Source of the DNA: Octopus sinensis | Taxonomy: Eukaryota | DNA: 64,000 nucleotides | Assembly: GCF_006345805.1 (NCBI RefSeq) | Contig: NC_042998.1 | Coordinates: 85,932,001-85,996,000, forward strand | Reading direction: 5' to 3' | Shown: one piece after another, positions 37,227-48,779 of the stretch | Numbering within the stretch: position 1 is the stretch's first letter | How the letters are laid out: the number at the start of each line of letters is the position of its first letter | Program-made: the position numbers and the translations under genes | The notes under the pieces: generated by a model | Told to the model about the DNA's origin: nothing | The model's database searches: none | The model's input: the letters and a program-made list of their open reading frames with translations, nothing else

Positions 37227-37398
37227 TATAAAATGAGATAGGGGTTGAAAATTCAACCCACCATGGGATAACATATATCCAATATACTGCTAGAGAGGTA
37301 CCCAACAAGACTAAACATAAATGTTAAAAATTGCCATGCAATTAATTCATCTACTGTATTATGTGGGCAAGGGTAAAAATATTACCGTAAATTAATAC

Positions 37399-37473
37399 TA
37401 CAAAATTAGAAAATGGAGAAACATACTTAAATCAGATTGATTTAAGTATGTTTCTCCATTTTCTAATTTTGTA
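37399..37473. repeat. Perfect 36-bp inverted repeat with 3-nt loop
   Basis: tacaaaattagaaaatggagaaacatacttaaatca-gat-tgatttaagtatgtttctccattttctaattttgta. Confidence 0.95.
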
Positions 37474-37615
37474 TATATATATATAGATATATATATATAT
37501 ATCATCATCATTGTCGATGATTTATATATATACACACACATATATATACATATATATATATACATATATACATACATACATATATATACATATATATATA
37601 TGTATATATATATGT

Positions 37616-40600
37616 ATGTCCTCTAACAGGACAAAGATCCCGTTCCTGAGAGACTTTGTTGCATGCAATCAAGCCATATGCATAGCACTTACAGAAACGC
37701 ACCTGAAACCGGACATAGCAGATGCGGAGTTACACATACCACAGTATGCTGTACTACGGACCGACAGGAAAGAAAGGAGTCATGGAGGTGTTGCTATGTA
37801 CATCCGTGAGGACCTCACACCCCAGGTCCTCTTGTCATACTCAAACTCGGTGTGTGACACACTAATTGTACATATTAGGCAACTTGATGTAGTTGTGTGT
37901 GCTACATATCGCCCTCCAGATGCCCCAAGCCATGTGGGCAAGTTTGAAGACTGCCTTATAAAAATAGAAGAAATTCTAACCACATTAGAACAACACATAG
38001 GTGTGCTTCTTATGGGAGACTTCAATCTGCCCAATGTCAGATGGCCCGAGGGCCTTTCTCTCCCAGGAATGACAAGATGTGAACGAGGACAGGCGAGGTC
38101 CCTCCTGAACCTCATCAACACCCTGTACATGGAGCAGGTAATACTCCAACCAACCAGGGCAGGTAACACACTGGATCTCTGCTTCACAAATGACATGAAT
38201 CTCATCCATAATGTGAAAGTGACACCGACACTACTCTCGGATCACAACATGATAGAGCTGACCATGTACGGGCCAAAAGAGAGCACGGACATGCAGCCTA
38301 CAAGAAACCCTCAAAATCTTTCCAGCTTGAACTACCATAAGGCAAACTGGAAACAAATTGAGAAAGAGATCCTCAAACAAAACTGGCCTAAATGTCTCTC
38401 CTCGCCAGACATCGACGTGAAACTTCAACAATTCATGTCTGTAATGCAAGCCATATGCTACAAATGTGTCCCAGAGAGAAAGGCCACTGTACACAAGAAC
38501 AAAATCCCCAGAGAGAGGAAAATTTTAATGAGACGGCGTACGAAATTTTCAAATCGCCTAAACAAACAGATTGAAAGCAGTGAAAAGTCCTGCCTAAAAA
38601 TAAAACTGTTGGAAATCGAAAAATGTCTGCAACTCTCCCATGAAAAAGAAAGAGCAGACAAAGAAGCCTGGGCTATAGAAAACATAAAATCTAACCCCAG
38701 AGCTTTCTACAGGTATGCCAAAGAAACAGCTACAGTGCACTGTAGAATAGGGCCACTCCTCGAAAAGGATGGCACACTTACAGGAAAACCAATGAGGGTA
38801 AGTGAAATACTGAATGAGCAATTCAAGAGTGTTTTCACTCCACCCCTTGGGCATCTCCAAATCACCAATCCAACTGACTTTTTTACCACTGCAGATATAA
38901 AATCAGAGGCGGCGACGATAGATTACATCGATATAAAGGAAGACGATGTAACCAAGGCTATAGATGAAATGAAAACAGACTCAGCTACTGGCCCCGATGG
39001 ATTCCCGGCAATCCTCCTAAAAGCATGTAAGAGAGTCCTAGCAAGACCACTGCAGTTCCTCTTTCAGAGCTTCCTTGCAGCTGGCAAACTTCCAGGAAAA
39101 CTGAAGGAAGGTAAAATATGCCCCATTCATAAAGGAGGTAGCAGAGCGGAAGCCAAGAACTATAGACCTATCTCTCTGACCTCACACATCAGCAAGGTCA
39201 TGGAACGAATAGTCAGAAGGAAGCTGATCACCTTCCTTGAAGAGAATGACTTGCTGCCTGACACCCAACATGGTTTCCGACCAGGGAGAAGCTGTTTAAC
39301 TCAGCTCCTACAACACTATGACTGGGTGCTGAAACGGCTGCTCAACCACTCAAATGTGGAAGTGATATATCTCGACTTTGCAAAGGCCTTTGATAAAGTC
39401 GATCATGGAATGATATGTCACAAACTGCGTGATCTCAACATAGTTGGAAAACTGGGAGAATGGCTTCATGACTTTCTGAAGGATAGAAGTCAGGTGGTAG
39501 TAGCCAATGAGGCCACCTCCATTAACACACAAATAGTGAGCGGTGTTCCGCAGGGCACTGTTCCGGGACCACTACTGTTCATAATGGCCCTCTCAGACAT
39601 GCCCTCAGCCACGCAGAGAGCCACGATCACAAGTTATGCAGATGATACAAAAGTTTCACAGGCAATACAGAACCCTGAGGACACTAAACACCTGCAATGT
39701 GAGCTGGACGAAATATACAAGTGGGCTGAAAAGAATAGCATGCAGTTCAATGCTGGAAAGTTTCAAGCTTTATACTATCAGCATGCAAAACTGAATGCAA
39801 TACCCAATGAATACACTGGACCCGGAGGGATTGCAATCCCAGAGGCACAATCAGTGCGTGACCTGGGTATTCACATGAGTGATGACGCGACCTTTCATGT
39901 ACATGTTGCTAAACTGACAATGAAATGTAGACGGCTGGCTGGATGGATTCTTAGAACCTTTAGAACAAGAGAACAAGAAACCATGATGGTCCTCTGGAAG
40001 ACACTTGTCCTAAGCCACTTTGACTATTGCTCTCAGCTATGGTCACCATCCAGTGTCAAGTTGATCACAGAACTTGAGGCGATCCAATGAAGCTACACAA
40101 AGAAGATAGCCTCTATGCAGAATGTAAGCTACTGGGAAAGACTCAAGAGATTAAAATTATATTCCCTGGAGCGTAGGCGGGAAAGATATGCCATAATATA
40201 CATCTGGAAGATCCTGGAGGGAAGTGTCCTGAACTTTGGCATCGAGAGTTATGCAAATGCCAGAACTGGGTGCCACTGCGTGGTGCCTAGGACTCCAAAC
40301 CTGCCATCAAGATGTAGGACAAGATTCTGTGATAGCCTGGGCTTCCGAGGCCCACAGCTCTTCAATATCCTCCCGAAGAGCCTGAGAGACCTGCATGGGG
40401 TGGATACAGATGTCTTTAAAATGAAGCTGGATCTCTTCCTGTCAGGTGTCCCAGATGAACCAACTTCACGGCAGGAGGGGCAGATGAGGGCAGCTGCATC
40501 GAACTCTCTCATGCACCAAATAGCAGTTGCTAGAAAGCCTCCATGAAGTGAAACCAAGTAGCAACACCAAATGGCGGTGCCCCAGCATGGCCACAGCTCA

Positions 40601-40639
40601 TAAGCTGAAACTAGAATCAATCAATCAATCAATCAATCA

Positions 40640-40642
<3 letters not shown>
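37616..40642 (+). mobile_element. CR1/L2-group LINE, ORF2-only (slightly 5'-truncated), one premature stop, (AATC)n tail
   Basis: EN motifs LTETHL, GGVAMYI, MGDFNLP and SDHNMI. RT motifs YLDFAKAFDKVDH, SGVPQG and SYADDTK. TGA at 40088-40090, then the same frame continues (LKLYSLERRRERY) to 40546. Confidence 0.93.
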
Positions 40643-40729
<87 letters not shown>

Positions 40730-40789
40730 CATATATATATACATATATATATGTATATATATAAAATTTAGATGACTTAAATATGTTTT

Positions 40790-41200
40790 GATCAAAGATT
40801 GGTCCTGATATGATTTGTTAAATCCTTTTTTTATGTCAAGTTTTGTGGTATCATGGCCCACTCAAGTAGAGATTTCTTGTTGATTGAGTTGTATCCAGGT
40901 ATATACAGCTTATCTGGTATCCCTTGAAGAAATTTTATCCAGATTCTATTTAAAGGTGATGGGATCCTTTTCTTCTTTGATCTGTTTTGGAAGAAATTAA
41001 ATAGGGCAGGGCCTGTTGAGGATAAAAAATTGTGTTGCAGTGTATTTAAGTGTTGTGATCTTGAATTGGGTAGGGAATGTATGGCCTGTGGTACTAGGCT
41101 TGGATGAATTCTGAAACTTATGTTGAGACCATTTGAGCAATGCTGGAGGTATATTCTCCATATCATGCAAATGATGTATCACTCACAGCGGTGCTGGAGA
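40790..41200 (-). mobile_element. Old CR1/L2-group 3' fragment, tail-to-tail with the previous LINE
   Basis: Remnants GPALFNFF and FLQGIPDKLYIPGY parallel GPQLFNILP and FLSGVPDEP of 40115..40546. Confidence 0.7.
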
Positions 41201-41224
41201 GAATAGAATTTCAGTGCTTTAAGA

Positions 41225-41690
41225 CAGTCCCAGTAATTCTCTCAGTACCTTGAGAGAAAAGTTGGACCTAAGAAGTATCAAATGTGGTGTGCAAGAGAGA
41301 CGACTGCGCTGGTATGGTTATGTGGTGAGAATGGATGAGGATTGCTGTGTGAAAAAGTGCCACACCCTAGCGGTTGAGGGGACCTGTGGAAGAGGTAGAC
41401 CCAGGAAGACCTGGGATGAGGTGGTGAAGCAAGACCTTTGAATATTAGGCCTCACCAAAGCAATGACCTTTGGAAATATGCTGTGCTTGAGAAGACCCAG
41501 CAAGCCAAGTAAGACCATAACCTCGTGACCTATGCCAGGGATGTAACCAACCCACTTATGCATACCTTTCCTTCATTGGACACTAAACTCTGCTTGCGAA
41601 GATCTGTTGAGGCAAGTGAAATCAAAATCAAATTCGATGATGGGCATCCATACTAGTGGAGCACTAAGAGCACCATCCGAGCATGATCAT
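41225..41690 (+). mobile_element. RTE 3' fragment
   Basis: REKLDLRSIKCGVQERRLRWYG...GRPRKTWDEVVK plus the start of the 3' UTR. Confidence 0.88.
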
Positions 41691-41744
41691 TACCAGAGCA
41701 ATACAAGGAATACAAGAATTATGGAATGGAGTACGGGGAATCCA

Positions 41745-41827
41745 GGCTACATATGTTTCATAGCGAGTGGGACCTCAGAAGTGGTAAGACCCAAGTGACG
41801 TGCATACTACCACCTACTCTTCAGGCC
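41745..41827 (-). ncRNA. Type I hammerhead ribozyme, canonical core
   Basis: GGC-CTGAAGA-GTAG...CTAT-GAAA-CATATGT-A-GCC: palindromic stem III ACATATGT, GUA site, enlarged stem II loop. Confidence 0.75.
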
Positions 41828-42892
41828 AAGGATATCTTGATTAGATTAAAGGCTACATTGTCACAAGGAAGTACATGTTGACAGAGATGATTCAATCAGA
41901 ATGTGTGGAGAGACCAGTATGTGAGAGGTATATAAATGAGAGGAGAAAAAAGTAATAGAAGAAGGGAAAAAAGAAGAGAAAGAAAAATAAATAAATAAAT
42001 AATATATAATATAGGGGAGTGAGAGAAAGGAAGAATTGAATGGGTTGGTGGTAGATAATATAGTAGTTTTAGGTTAATCACTGAATTCAATAGTGGGATT
42101 GGCATTTGAAAGGAAGAGAAATTGTTTTGGGGCTTGGGGGAAAAAGAAAGTATGTATGAATAAAGCAAGGTAAGGTGGGGAGTGGTTAGTGGTTTTATGG
42201 TCAAAAGACATAAATTGGTACAAAAAAAAAATAAACAAATGAAGTGGTGAAAGTGTATGAAGGTCTATGTATTTGTACATTTACATGTGGAGGGGTAGGA
42301 GGGGAGAAAGAGTACAAATATAAGGAGAGAAGAATATTAGTAGAAATGAGGATAGAAAATTGTAATTGACCATTAAGGACTTAAAAGGGGAGAAATGCTG
42401 TGGTAGTGAGGGTGGATGAGTGGGAGAAAGAATATATGAGGGTTAATAAATTACAATTTTCTATCTGTATTTTTACTTATTACCTAAAATATTGTGACCA
42501 TAACCACTATCGACTCTTAAACTCCCCACCTTACCTTGCTTTATTCATACATACTTTCTTTTTCCCCAACAACCAAAAATCTTTCCCCATCTTCTCCCCT
42601 CCAATTTCTCTTCTCTTCAAATGCTAATGCCATTACTGAGTTCAGTGATTAACCTAAAACTACTATATTATCTACCACCAACTTGTCCAATTACTCCTTT
42701 CTCTCATTCCCCATATTTCATTTTATTTTATTTATTTATTTTTATCTTTTTTCTTCCCTTCTTTTATTATTTCTCCCCTCATTTATATACCCCTCACACA
42801 CTGTGCCCTCCACATATTCTGATTGAGTCTTCTCTTTGTCAACATGTACCTCCTTGTGACAATGTAGACTTTAATCTAATCAAGATATCCTT

Positions 42893-42968
42893 GGTCTGCA
42901 GAGTAGTCAGTGGTATACTTGGATCTTACCACTTCTGAGGTTCCACTCACTATGAAACATATGTAGCC
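42893..42968 (+). ncRNA. Hammerhead paralogue with A6C core mutation
   Basis: GGT-CTGCAGA-GTAG...CTAT-GAAA-CATATGT-A-GCC. Confidence 0.65.
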
Positions 42969-43009
42969 TGGATTCACCATACTCCATTCCATAACTCTTG
43001 TGTGTGTGT

Positions 43010-45020
43010 GTCATCATCATCATTATTATCATCATCATCACCTTCATCATCATTGTTTAACGGCCGTTTTCCATGCTAGCATGGGTTGGACAGTTCAACC
43101 AGGGTCTGGGAAGCCAGGAGGCTGCACCAGGCTCCAGTCTGATCTGGCAGTGTTTCTACAGCTGGATGCCCTTCCTAACGCCAACCACTCCATGAGTGTA
43201 GTGGGTGCTTTTTACGTGCCACCAGCATGGAAGCCAGTCAAGGCTGTGCTGGCATTGGCCACATACGGATGGTGCATTTTACGGATCTTTTCATTTGCAA
43301 GGCCTGATTTGTCAGATTTTTCCTACTTAACCAAACAATTTGAAACTTCGTATGCTGGTAGAATGTGTCAAAAGAAAACATAATTGTAAACCAGAATGAA
43401 AACGGAATGGTAATTTCTAAGTTTAACGTTGTTTAATAATTAGAATTTTAACCAATGGTATTCGGTCTTTTGGCTTCATATTATTTACTCTGTCTCAATA
43501 GACGTAAACGGCTGTTTTGCTGACATAGTTAACATACGTGAAATGTAAACATCTGGTTACCGTATTCCTTTCGTTTTTATTCACATTTTTTAAATATATT
43601 ATTAACTAACTTATATATTATATAACTAACTTAGTTTTTGTAAATTTTTGTATATTTTTTGTGATTTTTATTCCTTACTTTATTCGTGTAACTTTTATTT
43701 CTGTAACTTTTTATCTTTGGCAATCTTTCGTTTGTAGTAGACCTTTCCGTGATAACTGAAATTTTTTACTCGGTGTATGTGTATATGTATGTATGCATGT
43801 ATGTGTGTGTATGTATCTATGTATGTGTGTGTGTGTATGTGTATGTATGTGCGTGTATGTATGTGTGTGTGTATGTATGTATGGCCGATTCAGTGTTTAC
43901 ATTATTTCAAGTTAAAACGAAAGATTACCTTTGCTATGTAGAAAATAATGAGGTTGACTCAATGGAATAATGACAGTGATCGAAGATATAGACAAAAATT
44001 TTTTTGGTAATCTTTCGTTTTAACTCGAAATAATGTAAACACTGAATCGGCCATACATACATACATACATACGTACATACACACACACACATACATACAC
44101 ACACATACATACACATACATACACACACACACACATACATAGATACATACACACACACACACATACATGCATACATACATATACACATACACCGAGTAAA
44201 AAATTTCAGTTATCTCTCTCTTTCACACGTTACTCTCTCTGTCTCTTCACACACACTAACAGAAGTACTTCACTTACACAACATACTTTCTGTCTCCCAC
44301 ACCCCATCAAGCACACACACACACACATGTACATCAATGCTCTATAAAAACACAAAACACAGACCTATGCACAGCTGTCTACGTCACAAAATAGCTTTCT
44401 ACGTCACACTAAGATAATGCAGTTAATTATTTCAAATGAAAACAAACAATACGATTGGTTAAAATTCGCAGATTTAATCTCCGTTTAAAGTTATAAAATA
44501 CATTTTTCTCAAATAAACAAGTTGAAACTAGTGTTTTCTTTTGAGACACTCTACCAGTATATGAAGTTTCAAATTATTTAGTTGACTAGAAAAATCTGAC
44601 AATCAGGCCTTGAAAATGAAAAGATCCCATTTTACTGCCACCGGCACAGGTATCGCAACCACAATTTCCATTTGATTTTTAATGCTGATGTACTTGACTC
44701 AATAGGTCTCCTCAAGCACAGCAGGTCGGACTATGATCCAAGGTAAGTACAGCAGGCCGTCCTATGATCCAAGGCATTTTGGAAGGACTGGGACTTCTAT
44801 GTGAAGCTGGTGCAGGAAACAGCCATGAACTCACATTATTTGTCAGGTCTTCGCAGTCACAGCATATCTCCAGAGATCTCAGTCTTCTGTCATTGCCTCT
44901 ATGAGACCCAACGTTCGAAGGTCATGCTTGGCCACCTCATCCCATGTCTTCCTGGGTCTACCTCTACCCCGGATTCCTTCAATTGTTTGGGAGTGGCACT
45001 TCTTCACACATCTCTCCTCA
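43010..45020 (-). mobile_element. 5'-truncated RTE (second subfamily) split by a DNA transposon
   Basis: Tail at 43010-43282 and continuation at 44628-45020. The halves rejoin across the duplicated CATTTTAC. Confidence 0.88.
43283..44627. mobile_element. Non-autonomous TIR transposon, 1345 bp, 8-bp TSD, GG-starting TIRs of about 100 bp (Merlin-like)
   Basis: TSD CATTTTAC at 43275-43282 and 44628-44635. TIR ggatcttttcattt.caaggcctga... at both ends. No ORF. Confidence 0.85.
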
Positions 45021-45051
45021 TCCATATATATATATATATATATATTATAGG

Positions 45052-46005
45052 GAGAATTCGCAAAAAAAACAAAAGACAAAGACAGGTGATGTAGACGACA
45101 AACAGATGTATTAGTTTAATGCTCGGGAAATGAAAAAGTCTTTAATGTTTCGAGTCTACGCTCTTCCACAGAAAGGAATGCAGAAAGAAACAGGAAGAGA
45201 AAATAAAGAATGTGTAGTGGCTAGTGATCTATCATGGTGAATGCTGGACAGAGGGGTCGCACAGAAGAGCTAGGAAGAAGGGGAGATAAAGTAGTGGTGA
45301 TCTCAAAACGAAGGTGCGTGTGCATGTATAAGAGAGCATGTATGTGTGTGTGGAAGAGGGCTGGTGACCTTGAAGTGTGCATGTGTACGTGTGTGGATAA
45401 TGGTGTGGGTGCTGGGAAGTGGTCACTACTAATGTGCATGGTGGTGTGTGGTGTGGTGGTCTTAGGATGTGGGGGCAGCAAGAGTGGGGAAAGCAAGGGT
45501 GGGGTGTGGGTTAGGCTGAGGGGAGTAGAGGTGGGGTATGTGGGAGTGAGTGTAAGGGATGGAGTGTGGATAGGATGGGATGGATAAGGAAGGTGGGGCT
45601 GGATTGTGTAGGGGTGAGGTTATAAGGGAGTGGTAATGATGAAGGGAGAGGGGGGAAGGGGGAAGGTGGGTAGGAGTGAAGAGAAGAGAGGAGAGTAGGA
45701 GTGAAGAGAAGAAGTAGGAGTTGGAGCAAGAGAGAAAAGATGGGTGGAAGGAAGTAGGTATGAGAGGAAGAGAGAAGAGGGGAGGAGAGTTAGATGAAGA
45801 GGGGAGGAGAGTTGAGCCCATGTGGTGCAAAGGAGTGAAGAGAGAAGATTAATCCCTGTTCATGGTGAAGACGGGAGTTCGGATGGTCCCTGTACAGGGA
45901 CAATCTGAACACAGACAGGTGTTGCAAAGAGTGACCGGTAGAGTGGAAATGGTGTGAGAGCGGGGTGTCATTGCCGAGTTGAATGTTTCGGAGGTGTTCC
46001 ATGAG
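45052..46005 (-). mobile_element. PLE 3' fragment/pseudo-LTR, same family as 58950-62150
   Basis: ORF 45790..46002 (EHLRNIQLGNDTPLSHHFHSTGHSLQHLSVF...) parallels 61160-61369. Pyrimidine tract and an HHR-like motif at 45140-45175. Confidence 0.88.
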
Positions 46006-46019
46006 TATGCTTCTTTCTG

Positions 46020-46049
46020 ATATATGTTTTTTTATTAGCTCTTTCTCTG

Positions 46050-46080
<31 letters not shown>

Positions 46081-46990
46081 CTGTGTGTGCTAAATAAAAT
46101 GAGACAGCAAAGCCAAGGCAGTGTGAAATTTCTAGGACATTTATAAAGAAAAAGGTAGTCTTACAGCTTTTTCAGGAATATAAAAGATATCCCATCATCA
46201 GAGGTGCTATGAGAGAGTTAAATAGAAGGAAATAGTAGAATTCAATATAAGAAGTTATTTTGGAAAGGGAGAGATAGAAGAAGTACAAAGAGAAGCATGA
46301 GGATAAAAAAGTATATGTTGGATGTTAAAGTTGCTGTTCCATTATCCAAGGAATGTGCTGTATAGAAAAGGTAGAGAGGATTCTTGTCCATGGTGTGTAA
46401 ATTCCGATAGGAGTTCATATTTTGTTATTGCAGATGGAAAGTTTGCAGATATTAATTCCATGTGCTGTTCATTCAAAGGGATCTTGTTGTGTACATGAAA
46501 TGTTGAGAATATACTGGTAAGAGTAAGCAGCTTGAGAGAAGAGAATAGATAAGTATGTTAGGAAGAAAAATGGTATTGGTCAAAAGGATGAGTAAAGAAG
46601 AAAGAAAGAAAGAAAGAAAGAGGAAGAAAAAAGGAAAAAGGTGTGTTAGATGGTGGTCAAGATGTTATGAGGGGTGGAAAGAGGAGACCTACCAGAAGAT
46701 AAAAATAATAGGAGGGGGGATAGAAAGAAGAGACAAGAATGTAAGGAAGGAATATGTGTGAGAAGTGGGGATGGGATGATATGTTTGAAAAAGCAGTAGG
46801 GTGGGGAGATAGATAAAGAATGTGGTACAGAGGTGGGTATTATAAGTGGGTAGGAAACCACAAAAAGGAAGGGAACAATAAGAAGATATAACAGTCAAGT
46901 TTCTAAAAATAGATGTAGGCATTTATATGAAGTCAGAGATTGAACTAGCTAAATTGATAGTGGGGAGTTACAAAAAGTTGAGAAAAAGAA
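46020..46990 (-). mobile_element. Inverted PLE pseudo-LTR-like segment with hammerhead (46159-46204)
   Basis: High-similarity reverse complement of 51820-52650. Minus strand CT-CTGATGA-TGGGATAT(ctttt)ATATTCCT-GAAA-AAGCTGT-A-AG (stem III carries a C-to-A change). Confidence 0.8.
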
Positions 46991-47024
46991 AAATATGTAT
47001 ATAGATATACACACACGTGCATAT

Positions 47025-47102
<78 letters not shown>

Positions 47103-47379
47103 ATGAAGGGTGAAATTAATTAATTTGGAAAAATTATCAATTACACCAAGTAGTCTTCGGCATGTAAAAGCCTCATTCGAGGAAAATTTAAGTAATACTA
47201 AGCAATAAGGGTTTAGCAACGAGTTGCCTTACCACATACCGAATTTAGAAATAGCAGTCAAAGGGTTATAGCTATTTCTTCTACTAAAAAGGGAGATCTC
47301 AGTAAAAACAGCATTTGGAAGGCACAAACAGGTAAGAGAGAATGAATTGACTGCAATCTATCATACATTTTTTTAGTTA

Positions 47380-47493
47380 TCCACGGACGTACGTTTCGAA
47401 ATCAAGTTTTAAGGAAAGCATACGAATTAAATATTAAATATTAAATAATAAATAATTCTATCTTACCGAAACTTCTTTTCTCTTCAGCGTAGA
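47380..47493 (-). ncRNA. Type I hammerhead ribozyme (array copy 1)
   Basis: TCTACG-CTGAAGA-GAAA..long AU-rich stem II..TTTC-GAAA-CGTACGT-C-CGTGGA. Confidence 0.85.
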
Positions 47494-47813
47494 ATACTAT
47501 AATCATAAATGATTATATATTGAATTTTGAGATACCAGAAGGCACCAACTCCACTCAGTATCAGAGTGAGCTAGAACCTGCAACTGGTATCACCGAATTC
47601 AATTTGTGAATGAAACGATTGTGTCAACAGCCCCTTCCCACCCGCGTGTAGCCAAGACAAGATGCTGTGGTCATCTACTGAGATAAAATATGGTTATCCG
47701 TAATAATGAAGGGTGTGAAATTAATAATTTGGAAAAATTATCAATTACACCAAGTAGTCGTCGGCATGTAAAAGCCTCATTCGAGGAAAATTTAGTAATA
47801 CTAAGCAATATAT

Positions 47814-47923
47814 TCTACGCTGAAGAGAAAAGAAGTTTCGGTAAGATAGAATTTTATTATTTAATATTTAATATTTAATTCTATATTTCCTTAAAACTTG
47901 ATTTCGAAACGTACGTCCGTGGA
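47814..47923 (+). ncRNA. Type I hammerhead ribozyme (array copy 2), predicted cleavage after 47917
   Basis: Same motif, with a few changes in the stem II loop. Confidence 0.85.
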
Positions 47924-48412
47924 TAACTAAAAAAATGTATGATAGATTGCAGTCAATTCATTCTCTCTTACCTGTTTGTGCCTTCCAAATGCTGTTTTTA
48001 CTGAGATCTCCCTTTTTAGTAGAAGAAATAGCTATAACCCTTTGACTGCTATTTCTAAATTCGGTATGTGGTAAGGCAACTCGTTGCTAAACCCTTATTG
48101 CTTAGTATTACTTAAATTTTCCTCGAATGAGGCTTTTACATGCCGAAGACTACTTGGTGTAATTGATAATTTTTCCAAATTAATTAATTTCACCCTTCAT
48201 TATTACGGATAACCATATTTTATCTCAGTAGATGACCACAGCATCTTGTCTTGGCTACACGCGGTGTGGAAGGGGCTGTTGACACAATCGTTTCATTCAC
48301 AAATTGAATTCGGTGATACCAGTTGCGGGTTCTAGCTCGCTCTGATACTGAGTGGAGTTGGTGCCTTCTGGTATCTCAAAATTCAATATATAATCATTTA
48401 TGATTATAGTAT

Positions 48413-48526
48413 TCTACGCTGAAGAGAAAAGAAGTTTCGGTAAGATAGAATTATTTATTATTTAATATTTAATATTTAATTCGTATGCTTTCCTTAAAAC
48501 TTGATTTCGAAACGTACGTCCGTGGA
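48413..48526 (+). ncRNA. Type I hammerhead ribozyme (array copy 3), predicted cleavage after 48520
   Basis: Same motif, 603 nt downstream of copy 2. Confidence 0.85.
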
Positions 48527-48706
48527 TAACTAAAAAAATGTATGATAGATTGCAGTCAATTCATTCTCTCTTACCTGTTGTGCCTTCCAAATGCTGTTTT
48601 TACTGAGATCTCCCTTTTTAGTAGAAGAAATAGCTATAACCCTTTGACTGCTATTTCTAAATTCGGTATGTGGTAAGGCAACTCGTTGCTAAACCCTTAT
48701 TGCTTA

Positions 48707-48755
<49 letters not shown>

Positions 48756-48779
48756 CATGTGTATATGTACTGTTATATA

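Larger units (their letters stand above)
41705..42995. mobile_element. Head-to-head inverted pair of PLE pseudo-LTR-like arms, each ending in a hammerhead
   Basis: 41705-42210 is a diverged reverse complement of 42490-42995. Pyrimidine-rich bodies, with an HHR at each outer end. Confidence 0.8.
47098..48710. mobile_element. Non-coding 603-bp hammerhead-bearing unit in tandem + inverted array (retrozyme-like / PLE-mobilised)
   Basis: The unit start recurs at 47098 and 47701. The strand switches at 47810/47811 and the reverse arm covers 1.5 units. Three HHRs, (TA)n on both flanks, copies nearly identical. Confidence 0.9.
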
